Below, piece after piece: positions 23,674 through 32,753 of a stretch of DNA of 43,071 nucleotides; positions within the stretch are counted from its first letter, which is position 1, and every line of letters begins with the position of its first letter. Below the pieces are notes generated by a model that was not told the DNA's origin, made no database searches, and worked only from the letters and a program-made list of their open reading frames with translations. Source of the stretch: Dehalococcoidia bacterium. GTDB taxonomy: Bacteria > Chloroflexota > Dehalococcoidia > Tepidiformales > Tepidiformaceae. Made by a program: the position numbers and the translations under genes. The stretch is taken from assembly GCA_031431695.1 (NCBI GenBank), contig JANPDX010000408.1, positions 1 to 43,071 on the forward strand, given 5' to 3'.

Positions 23674-24350
23674 TCGATGGCCCACTCCACAATTCTGCCT
23701 TTGGCTTTGTCGTTTGATGCGAGCGAGTAGAGCTTTTGGCGGTTCTGGACGTAGGTGCTTTCGTCGCCGGGCGTGTCTTCGTTGTCGGTCGGTGGTCCAT
23801 TGAACCACATGGAGCGATTTGGGAATTTCTCGATCTGGCCTCCCATGATGGCGGCGTTTTGCGAGGCGAGGTTGAGTGCGCGCTTCAGGGCCCAGACGTT
23901 GCCAGGGTGAAGCGGTTCGGCGCGGCCCAGGGCGGGGTGGACGTTGAAGAAGCCCTTGATCGTGTCGAAGGGGTACACAGCTTCTTCGACGGCGTACTGG
24001 ATGAAGTTCTCGGTGACGGCTTTCGTCTGGAAGTTCGACATCGCTTTCAGTTTCTTCCCGCGGACGAAGTATTTTTCGGGTGGGTTCTCGGGTGAGAGCG
24101 GCGCGCGTTCGTATCCTGCCCAGCCGCCGGCCATGGCTTGTCTGATCCCCAGCCAGGGCGTTGAGAGGTGTCCCCAGCGCATCTCGCTCCAGTTGGCGAA
24201 GAAGGAGAAGATCGTGAGGTGGGCGCTGTCGCCGACGACTCCACCTTTTTCGGGATTTGCTTCTTTCGTCCAGAAATTGAAGCTGTAGTGCGAGCGGCCA
24301 AGGTCGTCATACTTGGGGCGATCGCCGCGGATTTGTGCCGGATTCGGCAT
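23670..24350 (-). CDS. hypothetical Trp-rich protein (226 aa), proximal gene of the inverted cassette
   Basis: ATG at 24350 lies 8 nt after AGGAG. It reads MPNPAQIRGDRPKYDDLGRSHYSFNFWTKE... The track ORF start at 24584 is discounted. No motif recognised. Confidence 0.65.
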   Translation of the reverse strand: MPNPAQIRGDRPKYDDLGRSHYSFNFWTKEANPEKGGVVGDSAHLTIFSFFANWSEMRWGHLSTPWLGIRQAMAGGWAGYERAPLSPENPPEKYFVRGKKLKAMSNFQTKAVTENFIQYAVEEAVYPFDTIKGFFNVHPALGRAEPLHPGNVWALKRALNLASQNAAIMGGQIEKFPNRSMWFNGPPTDNEDTPGDESTYVQNRQKLYSLASNDKAKGRIVEWAIE

Positions 24351-24452
24351 TTGAACTGCTCCTGTAATTGCGGCGTGGCGCTTTGCGCGACGCCTGGTTG
24401 CGGGCATCTTAGGGGAAAGCACTTGACTTCGCCAAGGCCCTTCGACAAGGAT

Positions 24453-24851
24453 ATGCGTGTCGCGCCGGAGCGCCGCACCTCGGAAAACACTGCCTGGCTT
24501 ACGGTCAGGGAAGCAGCCGTCGTGTGGAAGACACGCCCTTCTACGATTCTTAAGTGGATCAAAAAGGGCACGCTCCCTGCGCACCAGGATCCGGGTGGGT
24601 GGCGTTACCAGATCCCGTGGGCCTCCGTGAGACTCCTCTACGGCAGCGGCCTATCCAGCGCCACATATCGACGAGCGAAGAGCACCTCCGCGGCTGACCG
24701 CCGCATCGAGTATGTGCTCAATCGGCTCGTTTACTCAGGAGGGAAGGATGCCGAAGAAAGTGGAGCTGGATCCGGAGGACCTGGACGACAGCACGGAGAC
24801 GACGACGGCGGCGGGGGGGGCGAAGAAGTCCATCCGGTCTACCGAGTCTGA
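24453..24851 (+). CDS. excisionase/MerR-like helix-turn-helix protein (core about 100 aa; ORF tail overlaps the scaffold gene)
   Basis: AWLTVREAAVVWKTRPSTILKWIKKGTLPAHQDPGGWRYQIPWASV matches the excisionase-family HTH pattern (lt..EaA..l.vs..Tv.rWi..G.lpa......r....l). The part of the track ORF upstream of 24453 is antisense shadow. Confidence 0.55.
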   Translation: MRVAPERRTSENTAWLTVREAAVVWKTRPSTILKWIKKGTLPAHQDPGGWRYQIPWASVRLLYGSGLSSATYRRAKSTSAADRRIEYVLNRLVYSGGKDAEESGAGSGGPGRQHGDDDGGGGGEEVHPVYRV

Positions 24852-25737
24852 AGGTGCTGATGACGACGACGACGCTGATGATCAGGGCGTCGACGACGAT
24901 GCCGGGGACGATGGTGAGGGCGTCGACGACGGCGACGACGAGTCTGCTGAAGGCGACGAAGACGACGCCGGCGGGGAGGAGGAGTCGGAGCAGGAAGAGG
25001 AGCACTCCGAGCTCGACGGGGATGAGGAGGAAGAGGAACCAAGGCCGGAACGTGATGGGGGGCGGCGTGAGCGGCACCCCGAGGACGGTCGGTTGACGGG
25101 GCTGTTGAACCAGATGCCTGAAGCTGTTCGCCGGGAGATTCTTGAGGACCCGGGCAAGTTCGGTCGGATGATTCAGGAGCTGCGTGCTGGCCGGGAGCTC
25201 GATTACGGTTCGGCTGTTGAGAAAGCGGTGATGGAGACTGTCGGTGAATTCAAGGACATGTCTCCGGCGAATCGTCGCTTTTTCGAGACTCTCGGGAAAA
25301 AACTTAGTGGTGCGATCGGGCGGCAGGTGAGCCAGGCAGCGCAGTCGGGTGGCGTGAGGGCTCATCGGCAGTTCGTCGTGCGTGAAGGGATGCGGAAGGT
25401 TGAGAAGACGCCGCTCTACAAGAACAACCCTCTTTTCAAGAAAGCGTTTTGGGGGGAGATCGAGCAGATGCGGCAGCAGAGGAAGTGGTTTCCGCCTGAT
25501 GTCGTCTTTCGTCGGGTGGAGCGCGACTTCCTGAAGTACGCGAAGGGCGAGGATGTTGGTGGTGGTGGGCGTCGTGAGGTTGAACAGGAGCGTCCGCGGC
25601 GGTCGGCAGATCTTGGTGCTTCCCGTAGTTCGGGGCAACAGGGTGTGCAGAAGAAAAAGTCGCAGTCGAGCGCGGAGGCCTGGATGACCAGCGACTATGC
25701 GAAGCAACTGGATCGGCGAGAGCTCCGGCGGAGCTAG
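24748..25737 (+). CDS. putative scaffolding protein with poly-acidic N-terminal third (329 aa)
   Basis: ATG lies after CAGGAGGGAAGG. Asp/Glu-rich residues ~30-100 are followed by a helical charged region. It sits directly upstream of the capsid candidate. Confidence 0.5.
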   Translation: MPKKVELDPEDLDDSTETTTAAGGAKKSIRSTESEGADDDDDADDQGVDDDAGDDGEGVDDGDDESAEGDEDDAGGEEESEQEEEHSELDGDEEEEEPRPERDGGRRERHPEDGRLTGLLNQMPEAVRREILEDPGKFGRMIQELRAGRELDYGSAVEKAVMETVGEFKDMSPANRRFFETLGKKLSGAIGRQVSQAAQSGGVRAHRQFVVREGMRKVEKTPLYKNNPLFKKAFWGEIEQMRQQRKWFPPDVVFRRVERDFLKYAKGEDVGGGGRREVEQERPRRSADLGASRSSGQQGVQKKKSQSSAEAWMTSDYAKQLDRRELRRS

Positions 25738-25764
25738 GGCTCGAGCCTTTTAGGGGACGGCAAC

Positions 25765-26742
25765 ATGGTGGGTCCGAATAGCGAATCCATCACGCTCGGC
25801 AATATGTGGGCGAGCACTCATCGTCAGTGGGAAACTGAGATGGAAGATCTCGTGCACGATGAGTACACCACGGCTGAGCAGGTGATGAAGAACAAGAAGA
25901 CGGGTACGGGCTCGGCGGTCGAATTCAGTTTCAAGTACCAGGGTTATTCGAACGTTACGTCGAACGGCTTCGAATCGGGTACCACGGTCACGCCGGAATA
26001 TCCGCAGATCGCTGCGGGTGCTCATGCGGATTGGGGAACGTACGAGCTGTTCCCGATGTTCCTTTACGACACGATGAAGGCGAACCAGGGTTCGCGTCGG
26101 AAGTTCGACCTGGTGAAGGAGCTGCTGGACGAGGCCGGCGAGTCGATCAACAAGCAGGTCAACGAGTCGATGTGGGCGCAGACGCAGGTGGCGACGAAGT
26201 TCACGTCGTTGCGTGCGCTTTTCAGCACCACGCCGTCTTCCGGCTCGATTCATAACGCGAGCCGGACGAACTACTCGGTTCTTCAGCATCAGGCGCAGGA
26301 TGGCGTGTCGCAGGCTTTCACGGATGCGGCGAATTCCAACCTGCGGTCGCTTTACAACAACTGCTCGATCGGGCACGGCGACAAGAAGAAGCCGAACAGG
26401 ATCTGGTCGAACCTTGAGGTCTGGACGCTCTGGGAGTCGGTGTCGGATCCGAAGGATCTGGTGCTGATGAACAAGGACGGCGCCAAGGGCACGAAGACGA
26501 CGGAGGCTTTCCAGTTCCGGACCTGCCTCTGGTTCTGGGATCGGGACATCACCACGTCCACGCAGCTGTGGATGCTGAACATGGACTCGATCTACTACTA
26601 CGATTTCTCGAAGACGATGCCCGGCAAGCCGATCCCGGCTGGCAACGGTCGCTTCGAAACGATGGAGTGCTCGCTCGTCGGGCAGGTGGTCTGCCGGAAG
26701 CCGCGCCTCCAGGGGACTTACCACACCTTCGTGGCTGCCTAA
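25765..26742 (+). CDS. putative major capsid protein (325 aa)
   Basis: Called from size and from its position after the scaffold-like gene and before decoration-like genes and a strong terminator. No family motif recognised. Confidence 0.5.
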   Translation: MVGPNSESITLGNMWASTHRQWETEMEDLVHDEYTTAEQVMKNKKTGTGSAVEFSFKYQGYSNVTSNGFESGTTVTPEYPQIAAGAHADWGTYELFPMFLYDTMKANQGSRRKFDLVKELLDEAGESINKQVNESMWAQTQVATKFTSLRALFSTTPSSGSIHNASRTNYSVLQHQAQDGVSQAFTDAANSNLRSLYNNCSIGHGDKKKPNRIWSNLEVWTLWESVSDPKDLVLMNKDGAKGTKTTEAFQFRTCLWFWDRDITTSTQLWMLNMDSIYYYDFSKTMPGKPIPAGNGRFETMECSLVGQVVCRKPRLQGTYHTFVAA

Positions 26743-26753
26743 GGAGAAATAGC

Positions 26754-27287
26754 ATGAGCCTGAAGAGCCAGGGTGGGGTGAAGCACCAGGTCGGCGACTG
26801 GTACGACTGCGACGGCTGGGTTGGTCTGTCCGAGGCCCTCGGCGATCGCTGTGAGATGCGCGATGGTGATCTCACGGCCGTCTTTGTCTACGTCGAGAAC
26901 GACGTGGTTGCGAACCTCATCACGGATATTTTCCGCTGGGACACGATCTTCAACAAGCATGTCGATGTGACGACTGACGCATCGAACTGGATTGCGGGCC
27001 TGCATACCGGCACGACTGTCCAGGGCGGCACGGGGTACAGGGGTTGGCTCCAGTGCGGTGGGCAGAAGCTGGCGACGGTGACGTTCGCCGGGCTGGCGAT
27101 CTGCAACAACCTGCTGGGTGACGGCTCTGTGGCGACCGGCGAGGACATGATGCCGCACGCCAGCACGGATGGAATGGTGGACACCTACAGCGGTGTCCTG
27201 AACGCGGCGATCGGGACGGCTGGTGAGGATGACGCTCCGGCGATCACTCTCTACAACCTGTTCTGCCGCAGCTCGATGGCGGCGTAG
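26754..27287 (+). CDS. hypothetical virion protein (177 aa)
   Basis: AAGGAG lies 7 nt before the ATG. A terminator follows. Confidence 0.6.
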   Translation: MSLKSQGGVKHQVGDWYDCDGWVGLSEALGDRCEMRDGDLTAVFVYVENDVVANLITDIFRWDTIFNKHVDVTTDASNWIAGLHTGTTVQGGTGYRGWLQCGGQKLATVTFAGLAICNNLLGDGSVATGEDMMPHASTDGMVDTYSGVLNAAIGTAGEDDAPAITLYNLFCRSSMAA

Positions 27288-27293
27288 TTCACA

Positions 27294-27331
27294 GGGGCGG
27301 GGGAGGCTTCGTCCTCCTCCGCTCCTTTCTC
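27294..27331 (+). terminator. terminator-like stem-loop after the capsid gene pair
   Basis: GGGGCGGGGGAGG-cttcgt-CCTCCTCCGCTCC (13 pairs including two G-U in RNA) followed by TTTCT. Confidence 0.65.
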
Positions 27332-27347
27332 CAGGAGGAGGCAAATC

Positions 27348-28061
27348 ATGCCTGTTGTGAATTTCGGAAACCAGAGGGTTCCTGGTCGGAAGCGCTGGTT
27401 GGATTTTCAGCAGAACGACTACGTGCATTTCCACGATGATTTTCTCGGTGACGAGCTCGGTGGAGGTTGGACGACTCAGGCGGATGCCGGTTGTTCGGCT
27501 GCGATCAACGTGCAGTCGGGTGGTGTGCTTCGGTTGACGACCGATGCGACGGATGACGATCGCGTTGATCTTTCGCATGAGCTGAACTGGTACCCGAACA
27601 AGAAAGTTCATTTCGAGTGCCGGTTGAAGTGCGATGTGGTGACGACGTTGCACGTGGTTGCCGGGTTGACGGATGCGAAGGGCGAGGCTTCTCAGTTGCT
27701 TCCCGTTTCGCTTTCCGGTACGACCTGGACGACGACGGCGACGGATTTCATCGGGTTCAATTTCGACACGGATGCGACGACCAAGACCTGGCGTGGCATG
27801 GCGGTGAAGGCGGATGTTGATGCGACCAACAAGGATCTTTCGAATGCGTGGGCTGCGGCGACGTGGATCACTCTTCGCATTGAGGTTCAGGATACGGGCG
27901 ATGCGACCTTCTTCATCAACGGCACGGCGCTGGGTGGAATTGTGGGGCCGGCTTCGACGTTGGCGTCGGCGCTGGTTCCCTACGTGGGTCTTCAGAATCG
28001 GGGTGCGTCGGCGAAGAACCTCGATATCGATTACGTCTACTGTGCCCAGGGGAGGACCTAG
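27348..28061 (+). CDS. virion protein, paralog A of a tandem pair (237 aa)
   Basis: Shares FxDDFLGD..GW, GVL..TTD.TDDD, SHELNW.P, FECR.K.DVVTTL, GF.FDTDATT, VKADVD.TN, PYV and DYVYCAQ.RT with 28065..28781. Confidence 0.7.
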   Translation: MPVVNFGNQRVPGRKRWLDFQQNDYVHFHDDFLGDELGGGWTTQADAGCSAAINVQSGGVLRLTTDATDDDRVDLSHELNWYPNKKVHFECRLKCDVVTTLHVVAGLTDAKGEASQLLPVSLSGTTWTTTATDFIGFNFDTDATTKTWRGMAVKADVDATNKDLSNAWAAATWITLRIEVQDTGDATFFINGTALGGIVGPASTLASALVPYVGLQNRGASAKNLDIDYVYCAQGRT

Positions 28062-28064
28062 ACC

Positions 28065-28781
28065 ATGCGTAGCACGCGCGCTGGACGTTCTCTCCTGACG
28101 GAGAGGTCGAAGTTTTTCAAGCTCTTCAGCCGGCAGGACAACGTGGAGTTTTTCGATGACTTCCTCGGTGATCTGGTTGAGGACGGGTGGGGTGTTCTTG
28201 TCGATACCGGTGGTACTGTCAACCAGGGTACGGCTGCGGCGTCGGGCGTGCTGACGTTTACGACGGACGGCACCGATGACGATGTGGCTTCTGCTTCGCA
28301 CGAGCTGAACTGGCTTCCCAGCCAGAGCTGCTTGTTCGAGTGCCGGATCAAGTGGGATGTCGTGACGACGCTCGGGTTCTTCTGTGGCTTCACCGATGCG
28401 AGGACTGAGGCTGGCAGCACGATGCCGTGGGCGTTGGCGACGACCTCGTACACGTCAACGGCGAGCGATGGATTCGGCTTCCTGTTCGACACCGATGCGA
28501 CGACCGACACGATTCGGTGTGTTGGCGTGAAGGCCGATGTTGATGGGACGAATTTGGATTCGGCAATTGTTCCGGTGGCCGGGACGTACATCAACCTGCG
28601 GTGCGCGATCACGCCGGGGGAAACGGCCAGTTACTGGATCGACGATGTGCTGATCGGGACGGTTGCTCTTGCTTCGACGGCGGCGACGAAGTTGTGTCCT
28701 TATGTCGCGCATAAGAACATGTCGGCGGCCGCGCATGTGGGTTCGCTCGATTACGTCTACTGCGCTCAGTCGCGCACGTAG
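28065..28781 (+). CDS. virion protein, paralog B of a tandem pair (238 aa)
   Basis: Same motif set and length as 27348..28061. GGAGGA precedes the ATG. Confidence 0.7.
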   Translation: MRSTRAGRSLLTERSKFFKLFSRQDNVEFFDDFLGDLVEDGWGVLVDTGGTVNQGTAAASGVLTFTTDGTDDDVASASHELNWLPSQSCLFECRIKWDVVTTLGFFCGFTDARTEAGSTMPWALATTSYTSTASDGFGFLFDTDATTDTIRCVGVKADVDGTNLDSAIVPVAGTYINLRCAITPGETASYWIDDVLIGTVALASTAATKLCPYVAHKNMSAAAHVGSLDYVYCAQSRT

Positions 28782-28794
28782 TCTCTCACCTGGT

Positions 28795-28825
28795 GGCGGG
28801 CGCTGTCGCGCTGGCGGCGCCCGCC
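28795..28825 (+). other. GC stem-loop without U-tract
   Basis: GGCGGGCGC-13 nt-GCGCCCGCC in the intergenic gap. Confidence 0.45.
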
Positions 28826-28842
28826 GCTCTGGAGGAAGGCCG

Positions 28843-29943
28843 ATGCTGCTGACTCCTTCGAAGGTGGTGGGGCGTCTTTGCCGTGAGAACCGGGATCTGT
28901 CGCGGTCCGATGCGCTTGATGTGGTTTTTCAGGCTTACGACGATCTCTGGAGGCGGTACAACTGGCCTTTCCGTCGCACCAGTGGCGTGCTCGAGGCGGT
29001 GGGCGATTGGGAAACCGGCACGGTGGCGGTTGTCCAGGGTCAGCGCACCGTGACGTTTTCGACGACGCCTTCGCTGGCGATTGTCGGCAGGCAGTTGCGG
29101 ATCGACGGGGACTTGCAGGACTACAAGATCAAGTCGCTCGCGGGCGCGGTGGCGGCGATCGACAGCGCGTACAACGGGGACACCGATACCGTCGCGACGT
29201 TTCGCGTGCGGAAGATGGACTACATGATGCCGGTGGATTTCGATGTGTGGGACACGTTGAGGGAAAGCAATTCTCTCCAGTGGGTGAACGGGGAGACTCA
29301 CGCGTCGTTCGAGGCCGACTTCACGGACTTCTGGGCTGAGGGTGTGCCTCGGTGGATTGCGCAGGAAGGCGCGACTACTCAGTCGGGGTACAACACGGGC
29401 ACGCTGGCGATCGCTTATGGCGGGACGACGGCGACGCTTTCGGGTGGGTTGTTCGTTGAGGAGCGGGATTGGAATCGCCGGCTCGTTTTCCGTGAGCAGC
29501 CGGAACTGGGTTGGTTCCGGATCGCGACGTACACCGATACGACGCATGTGGTGCTGGATCGGCCTTACCGCGGGCGCCAGTTGTCGGGGATTGGATTTGA
29601 CATCGACCCTCCCGGGGAGCCGATCGTTCGGATCTATCCCCAGCCTGTGCTCTACACTTCGATCTTGTTCAAGTATTTTCGTGCGCTTCCCCCGCTCCAG
29701 GATCAGGATGATCCTCCGCAGTTGCCGCCGCATTATCACGAGGTGTGGGCTTCGGCGGCTTCGGCGATGCAGAACAAAATGTACACGCCGGATTTCGAGC
29801 GTCGGATCGGCGAGCTGCTCGCGCGTGAGGGCTTGAGTGCGAAGTCGATTGTGAAGGCTCGCGGGATTGACGAGGGACGGTCTGGTTCTCGCAGGAGCAT
29901 TCTTCCGGCGGATTACGCGCCTTACTATTACAGGAGGCGCTGA
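28843..29943 (+). CDS. virion structural protein (366 aa), function unknown
   Basis: ATG lies 5 nt after GGAGGAAGG. Placed by position in the structural block. Confidence 0.65.
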   Translation: MLLTPSKVVGRLCRENRDLSRSDALDVVFQAYDDLWRRYNWPFRRTSGVLEAVGDWETGTVAVVQGQRTVTFSTTPSLAIVGRQLRIDGDLQDYKIKSLAGAVAAIDSAYNGDTDTVATFRVRKMDYMMPVDFDVWDTLRESNSLQWVNGETHASFEADFTDFWAEGVPRWIAQEGATTQSGYNTGTLAIAYGGTTATLSGGLFVEERDWNRRLVFREQPELGWFRIATYTDTTHVVLDRPYRGRQLSGIGFDIDPPGEPIVRIYPQPVLYTSILFKYFRALPPLQDQDDPPQLPPHYHEVWASAASAMQNKMYTPDFERRIGELLAREGLSAKSIVKARGIDEGRSGSRRSILPADYAPYYYRRR

Positions 29944-30257
29944 TGGCTGGCTTGGTGATTCGCGCTGTGACCTGTGTTCCGCTTCGGGTGAAGCCGGGCG
30001 GGCAGGTGAACATCTTCTTTCAGGTGGTCGATGCCGAGAGCGGGGCTCTTTCCGCGTCTACCGGGTCGATTCAGCTGTCGAGCGGCAACAAGGCAATTCA
30101 GCAGGCATGGGCTGCGGTGAGCGTTCTCATCGCGGGGCGTTACCAGTACACCTATGAGGTGCCGACGAGCGTTCCTGTTGGTTGGTGGACCGTGGAGTTG
30201 AAAACGGCTTCGGGTGAGGCGGAAGTCGAGGTCCCCTGGGCCTTTGAGGTGCGCTGA
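29943..30257 (+). CDS. small beta-rich virion protein (104 aa)
   Basis: TGATG one-nt overlaps at both ends. Confidence 0.6.
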   Translation: MAGLVIRAVTCVPLRVKPGGQVNIFFQVVDAESGALSASTGSIQLSSGNKAIQQAWAAVSVLIAGRYQYTYEVPTSVPVGWWTVELKTASGEAEVEVPWAFEVR

Positions 30258-31915
30258 TGATCGGTCCCAGCGTTTTCGGCACTATGGAGTTTGGGCTCCC
30301 TGAGGGTGGGCTTTGTAATGGGGGCCGCGGCTTCCGTCTGCGGCCGTGGCAGTACGTTGAGGGCCAGAACCTCGAGCTGATGGGTGATTCGCTCGTGAAG
30401 CGGCGGGGGACGAAGCAGGTCGGCACTGTGACGGCGGGCATGGCTGGCCGGGTGGATTTTATCAATCGGTGGTATTACTCAACGAGCGCGGGGTCGCTGG
30501 CTTCCTCGGCCGGGAAGATCTGGTACAAGACGACGGCCGATTGGATTGATGTCGGTGTGACCTGGAGCTCGTCGGCCTTCACGGTGGGCTGCGAATTTGC
30601 GGATCAGTTGTTCTGCGTCAATGGGACGAGCACTTCGAAGAAGTTTACGAAGGCTGCGGCTCCGTCGCCGACGACGTGGGCTCATGGAGCTGCGGGTCAG
30701 CCGCAGTGGGTTGCGGGGCCGCTCTACAATCGGATCTTCTACAACGATTCTTCGGCGAAGGAGTTTGCGTGGTACACGAACGATGGGGATCCGGACACGA
30801 CAGACGCTACGAATACGCTCAGGCTTCCCGACGATCGCATGGGGCAGGAGATGCGGTTCGGGGCTCTGTGCGCGGGAAACATGATCGGGGCGTTCGGGAG
30901 CGACTACTGCGTCAATCTCACTGGAGCGTCGCCCCTGTCGTTCAGGACGGAGAAAATGCCCCGGGGATGTGCCATTGTGAGCTGGCGCACTATCGTAGAC
31001 ATGGGTGGCTTCTTCGTGTTCCTGACCACGCGAGGGCTTGCACTGTGGGACGGTGATGGGCCCGTGCTGTTGTTGGATCCGAAGGGGCGTGTCGATTGGA
31101 GCGACATGGATTTTTCGACGCCCGAGCTCACCTGGGCGTGTCGTTACCACGACAAGTACCTGCTCTTTGTCAGGTCGAAGGGCATGGCGACCTCGAACGT
31201 GATGACGGGCTCCAACACGCTCTGGCGCAACTTTGCTGCCTCGAATATTCTCAGTTCTGCGCGCATGAGCTATCTCACGGCTGTTGGTCCGGCTGTCGCG
31301 GCGAGCACGTCGCACTGGATGAGCTGGGATAAGGCGACGAAGCGCTTTGAGGGTGTTCACACGGGTGCGTGGTTGTCGGGTGTGTGGCAGGAGTATCGCA
31401 ATGGGGATCAGCAGGGCCTCATGTTGGGCGCTGCGGCGGCGACGGGTGTGATTGCTCTCGCGGATCAGCCGGACACGTACACGGATTGCCTGGGCGCGGT
31501 GTCGGGTGGAGTTGCGGCCGCGACGGCGTATGATGGGGTTTATCGGAGCGGGGCGGTTGGCGATGATCCCATGGAAGAGCATTCGGTGATGTCGTTGGCG
31601 CTCTCGATGGGCGGTCGGACGGCAGGCCCCGGCGTGAGTGTGCGGTTTTATTTCGAGGGGGACGATACTAGCGAGGGTGCTAGCGAAACGTTCTCGATGG
31701 ATTCGGAGGGCGCTGTCGATGTGCACCAGGGTGGTGTTGCCGGGCAGAAGAGGACGATGAAGAATGGCGTGTGGCGCCGGTGGGTGCCGCCGACGAAGGA
31801 GAGGACGAGCGGATTCGCTCCGCAGTTTGAAATCGTTGAGAGCTCGAAGGGTCCGTGGCGGTTGGATGGTTTCAAGGTTGAGGCTCAGCGCACCTCGATG
31901 CGCGGTGGGAGGTAA
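30257..31915 (+). CDS. virion structural protein (552 aa), possibly tail hub or nozzle
   Basis: Repeated beta-strand-like Trp/Gly segments and position. The function is a guess. Confidence 0.6.
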   Translation: MIGPSVFGTMEFGLPEGGLCNGGRGFRLRPWQYVEGQNLELMGDSLVKRRGTKQVGTVTAGMAGRVDFINRWYYSTSAGSLASSAGKIWYKTTADWIDVGVTWSSSAFTVGCEFADQLFCVNGTSTSKKFTKAAAPSPTTWAHGAAGQPQWVAGPLYNRIFYNDSSAKEFAWYTNDGDPDTTDATNTLRLPDDRMGQEMRFGALCAGNMIGAFGSDYCVNLTGASPLSFRTEKMPRGCAIVSWRTIVDMGGFFVFLTTRGLALWDGDGPVLLLDPKGRVDWSDMDFSTPELTWACRYHDKYLLFVRSKGMATSNVMTGSNTLWRNFAASNILSSARMSYLTAVGPAVAASTSHWMSWDKATKRFEGVHTGAWLSGVWQEYRNGDQQGLMLGAAAATGVIALADQPDTYTDCLGAVSGGVAAATAYDGVYRSGAVGDDPMEEHSVMSLALSMGGRTAGPGVSVRFYFEGDDTSEGASETFSMDSEGAVDVHQGGVAGQKRTMKNGVWRRWVPPTKERTSGFAPQFEIVESSKGPWRLDGFKVEAQRTSMRGGR

Positions 31916-31917
31916 CG

Positions 31918-32751
31918 ATGCCTGGCGCGTTGATGACGAGTGGCGGTGCCTACGACTGGTACAAAAACCAGAACGGCGCTCAGTATGGGACCGCGAACAA
32001 CGGCAGTTACGGCGGCATGTTCGATCTCGATGAGCAGGGGAATCCTCGTCGGGATGCGAATGGTCAGCCGATGAAGAAGGGGACCTATCAGGCGCCTGGG
32101 GGTGGGTTTGGTGGCCTTGGCGGTGGGCAGGGAGCGGGCACGAATAGCTCTATGGGCTCTTCCAGTTCTGCGGATTGGTGGAAGAGTGGCGGTGCTCCTG
32201 GCATGGACGCGCGGAAAGCTGCGTGGCGGAGCGACATGGATCGCATGAGGAAGGCGGGGAACATGCGCCGCGAGGACGACCTTGCGATGCGTGGGGTGAA
32301 GAATGCCGGCACGGGAGCCGCGTTGGCTGAGACGGATCGCCAGGGTTGGGACACTGAGGAGGCTCGGGGTAACGAGCAGATGGATTCGGATTACTACAAC
32401 CAGGAGCATTCGTTTGGTCTTGAGCAACGGCGCCAGGATGCGGAGCAGCGTCGTTCGGCCGCGAGCCAGGGAGCGCAGCGTTTCGAGGGCGGGAACAGCG
32501 GAGCTTCGTCGTATTCTTCGAAGGGTTCGGGCGGGTCTGATGATGGGTATGGCGATAGTGGTGGCGATAGTGGTGGTGGTGGTGGTGGTGGCGGTGGTGG
32601 TGGCGGTGGTGGTGGCGGTGGTCAGATCCCGGTTGAGTACGCTGGTGACTGGCGTCAAGGCATTGAGCCGAAGAGGGTTCCCGGCGAGTCGTCTTACGCG
32701 TTCTACGCGCGTGTCGATGCCTATCATGCGGCGGCTCGAAAGGGGTACTAG
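31918..32751 (+). CDS. Gly-rich virion protein with 17-residue poly-Gly tract (277 aa)
   Basis: Track ORF. The (GGT/GGC)17 run lies at 32572-32622. Confidence 0.65.
   Translation: MPGALMTSGGAYDWYKNQNGAQYGTANNGSYGGMFDLDEQGNPRRDANGQPMKKGTYQAPGGGFGGLGGGQGAGTNSSMGSSSSADWWKSGGAPGMDARKAAWRSDMDRMRKAGNMRREDDLAMRGVKNAGTGAALAETDRQGWDTEEARGNEQMDSDYYNQEHSFGLEQRRQDAEQRRSAASQGAQRFEGGNSGASSYSSKGSGGSDDGYGDSGGDSGGGGGGGGGGGGGGGGGQIPVEYAGDWRQGIEPKRVPGESSYAFYARVDAYHAAARKGY
32572..32622 (+). repeat. in-frame (GGT/GGC)17 trinucleotide tract
   Basis: Seventeen consecutive Gly codons, read directly. Confidence 0.9.
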
Positions 32752-32753
32752 GC

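Noticed and set aside
23203-24350. The idea that the inverted cassette is a very recent horizontal acquisition, judged from codon usage
   Set aside because: Its C/A-ending codon preference matches that of the other minus-strand genes sampled (dnaB, radC), so it follows the genome-wide strand bias rather than standing out.
24840-25040. Repetitive GAC/GAT/GAG-rich DNA (GGGCGTCGACGACG occurs twice), considered as a possible repeat element or CRISPR-like array. The Gly tract at 32572 was considered in the same way.
   Set aside because: These are in-frame low-complexity coding sequence (poly-Asp/Glu and poly-Gly). There is no regular repeat-spacer architecture anywhere in the window.
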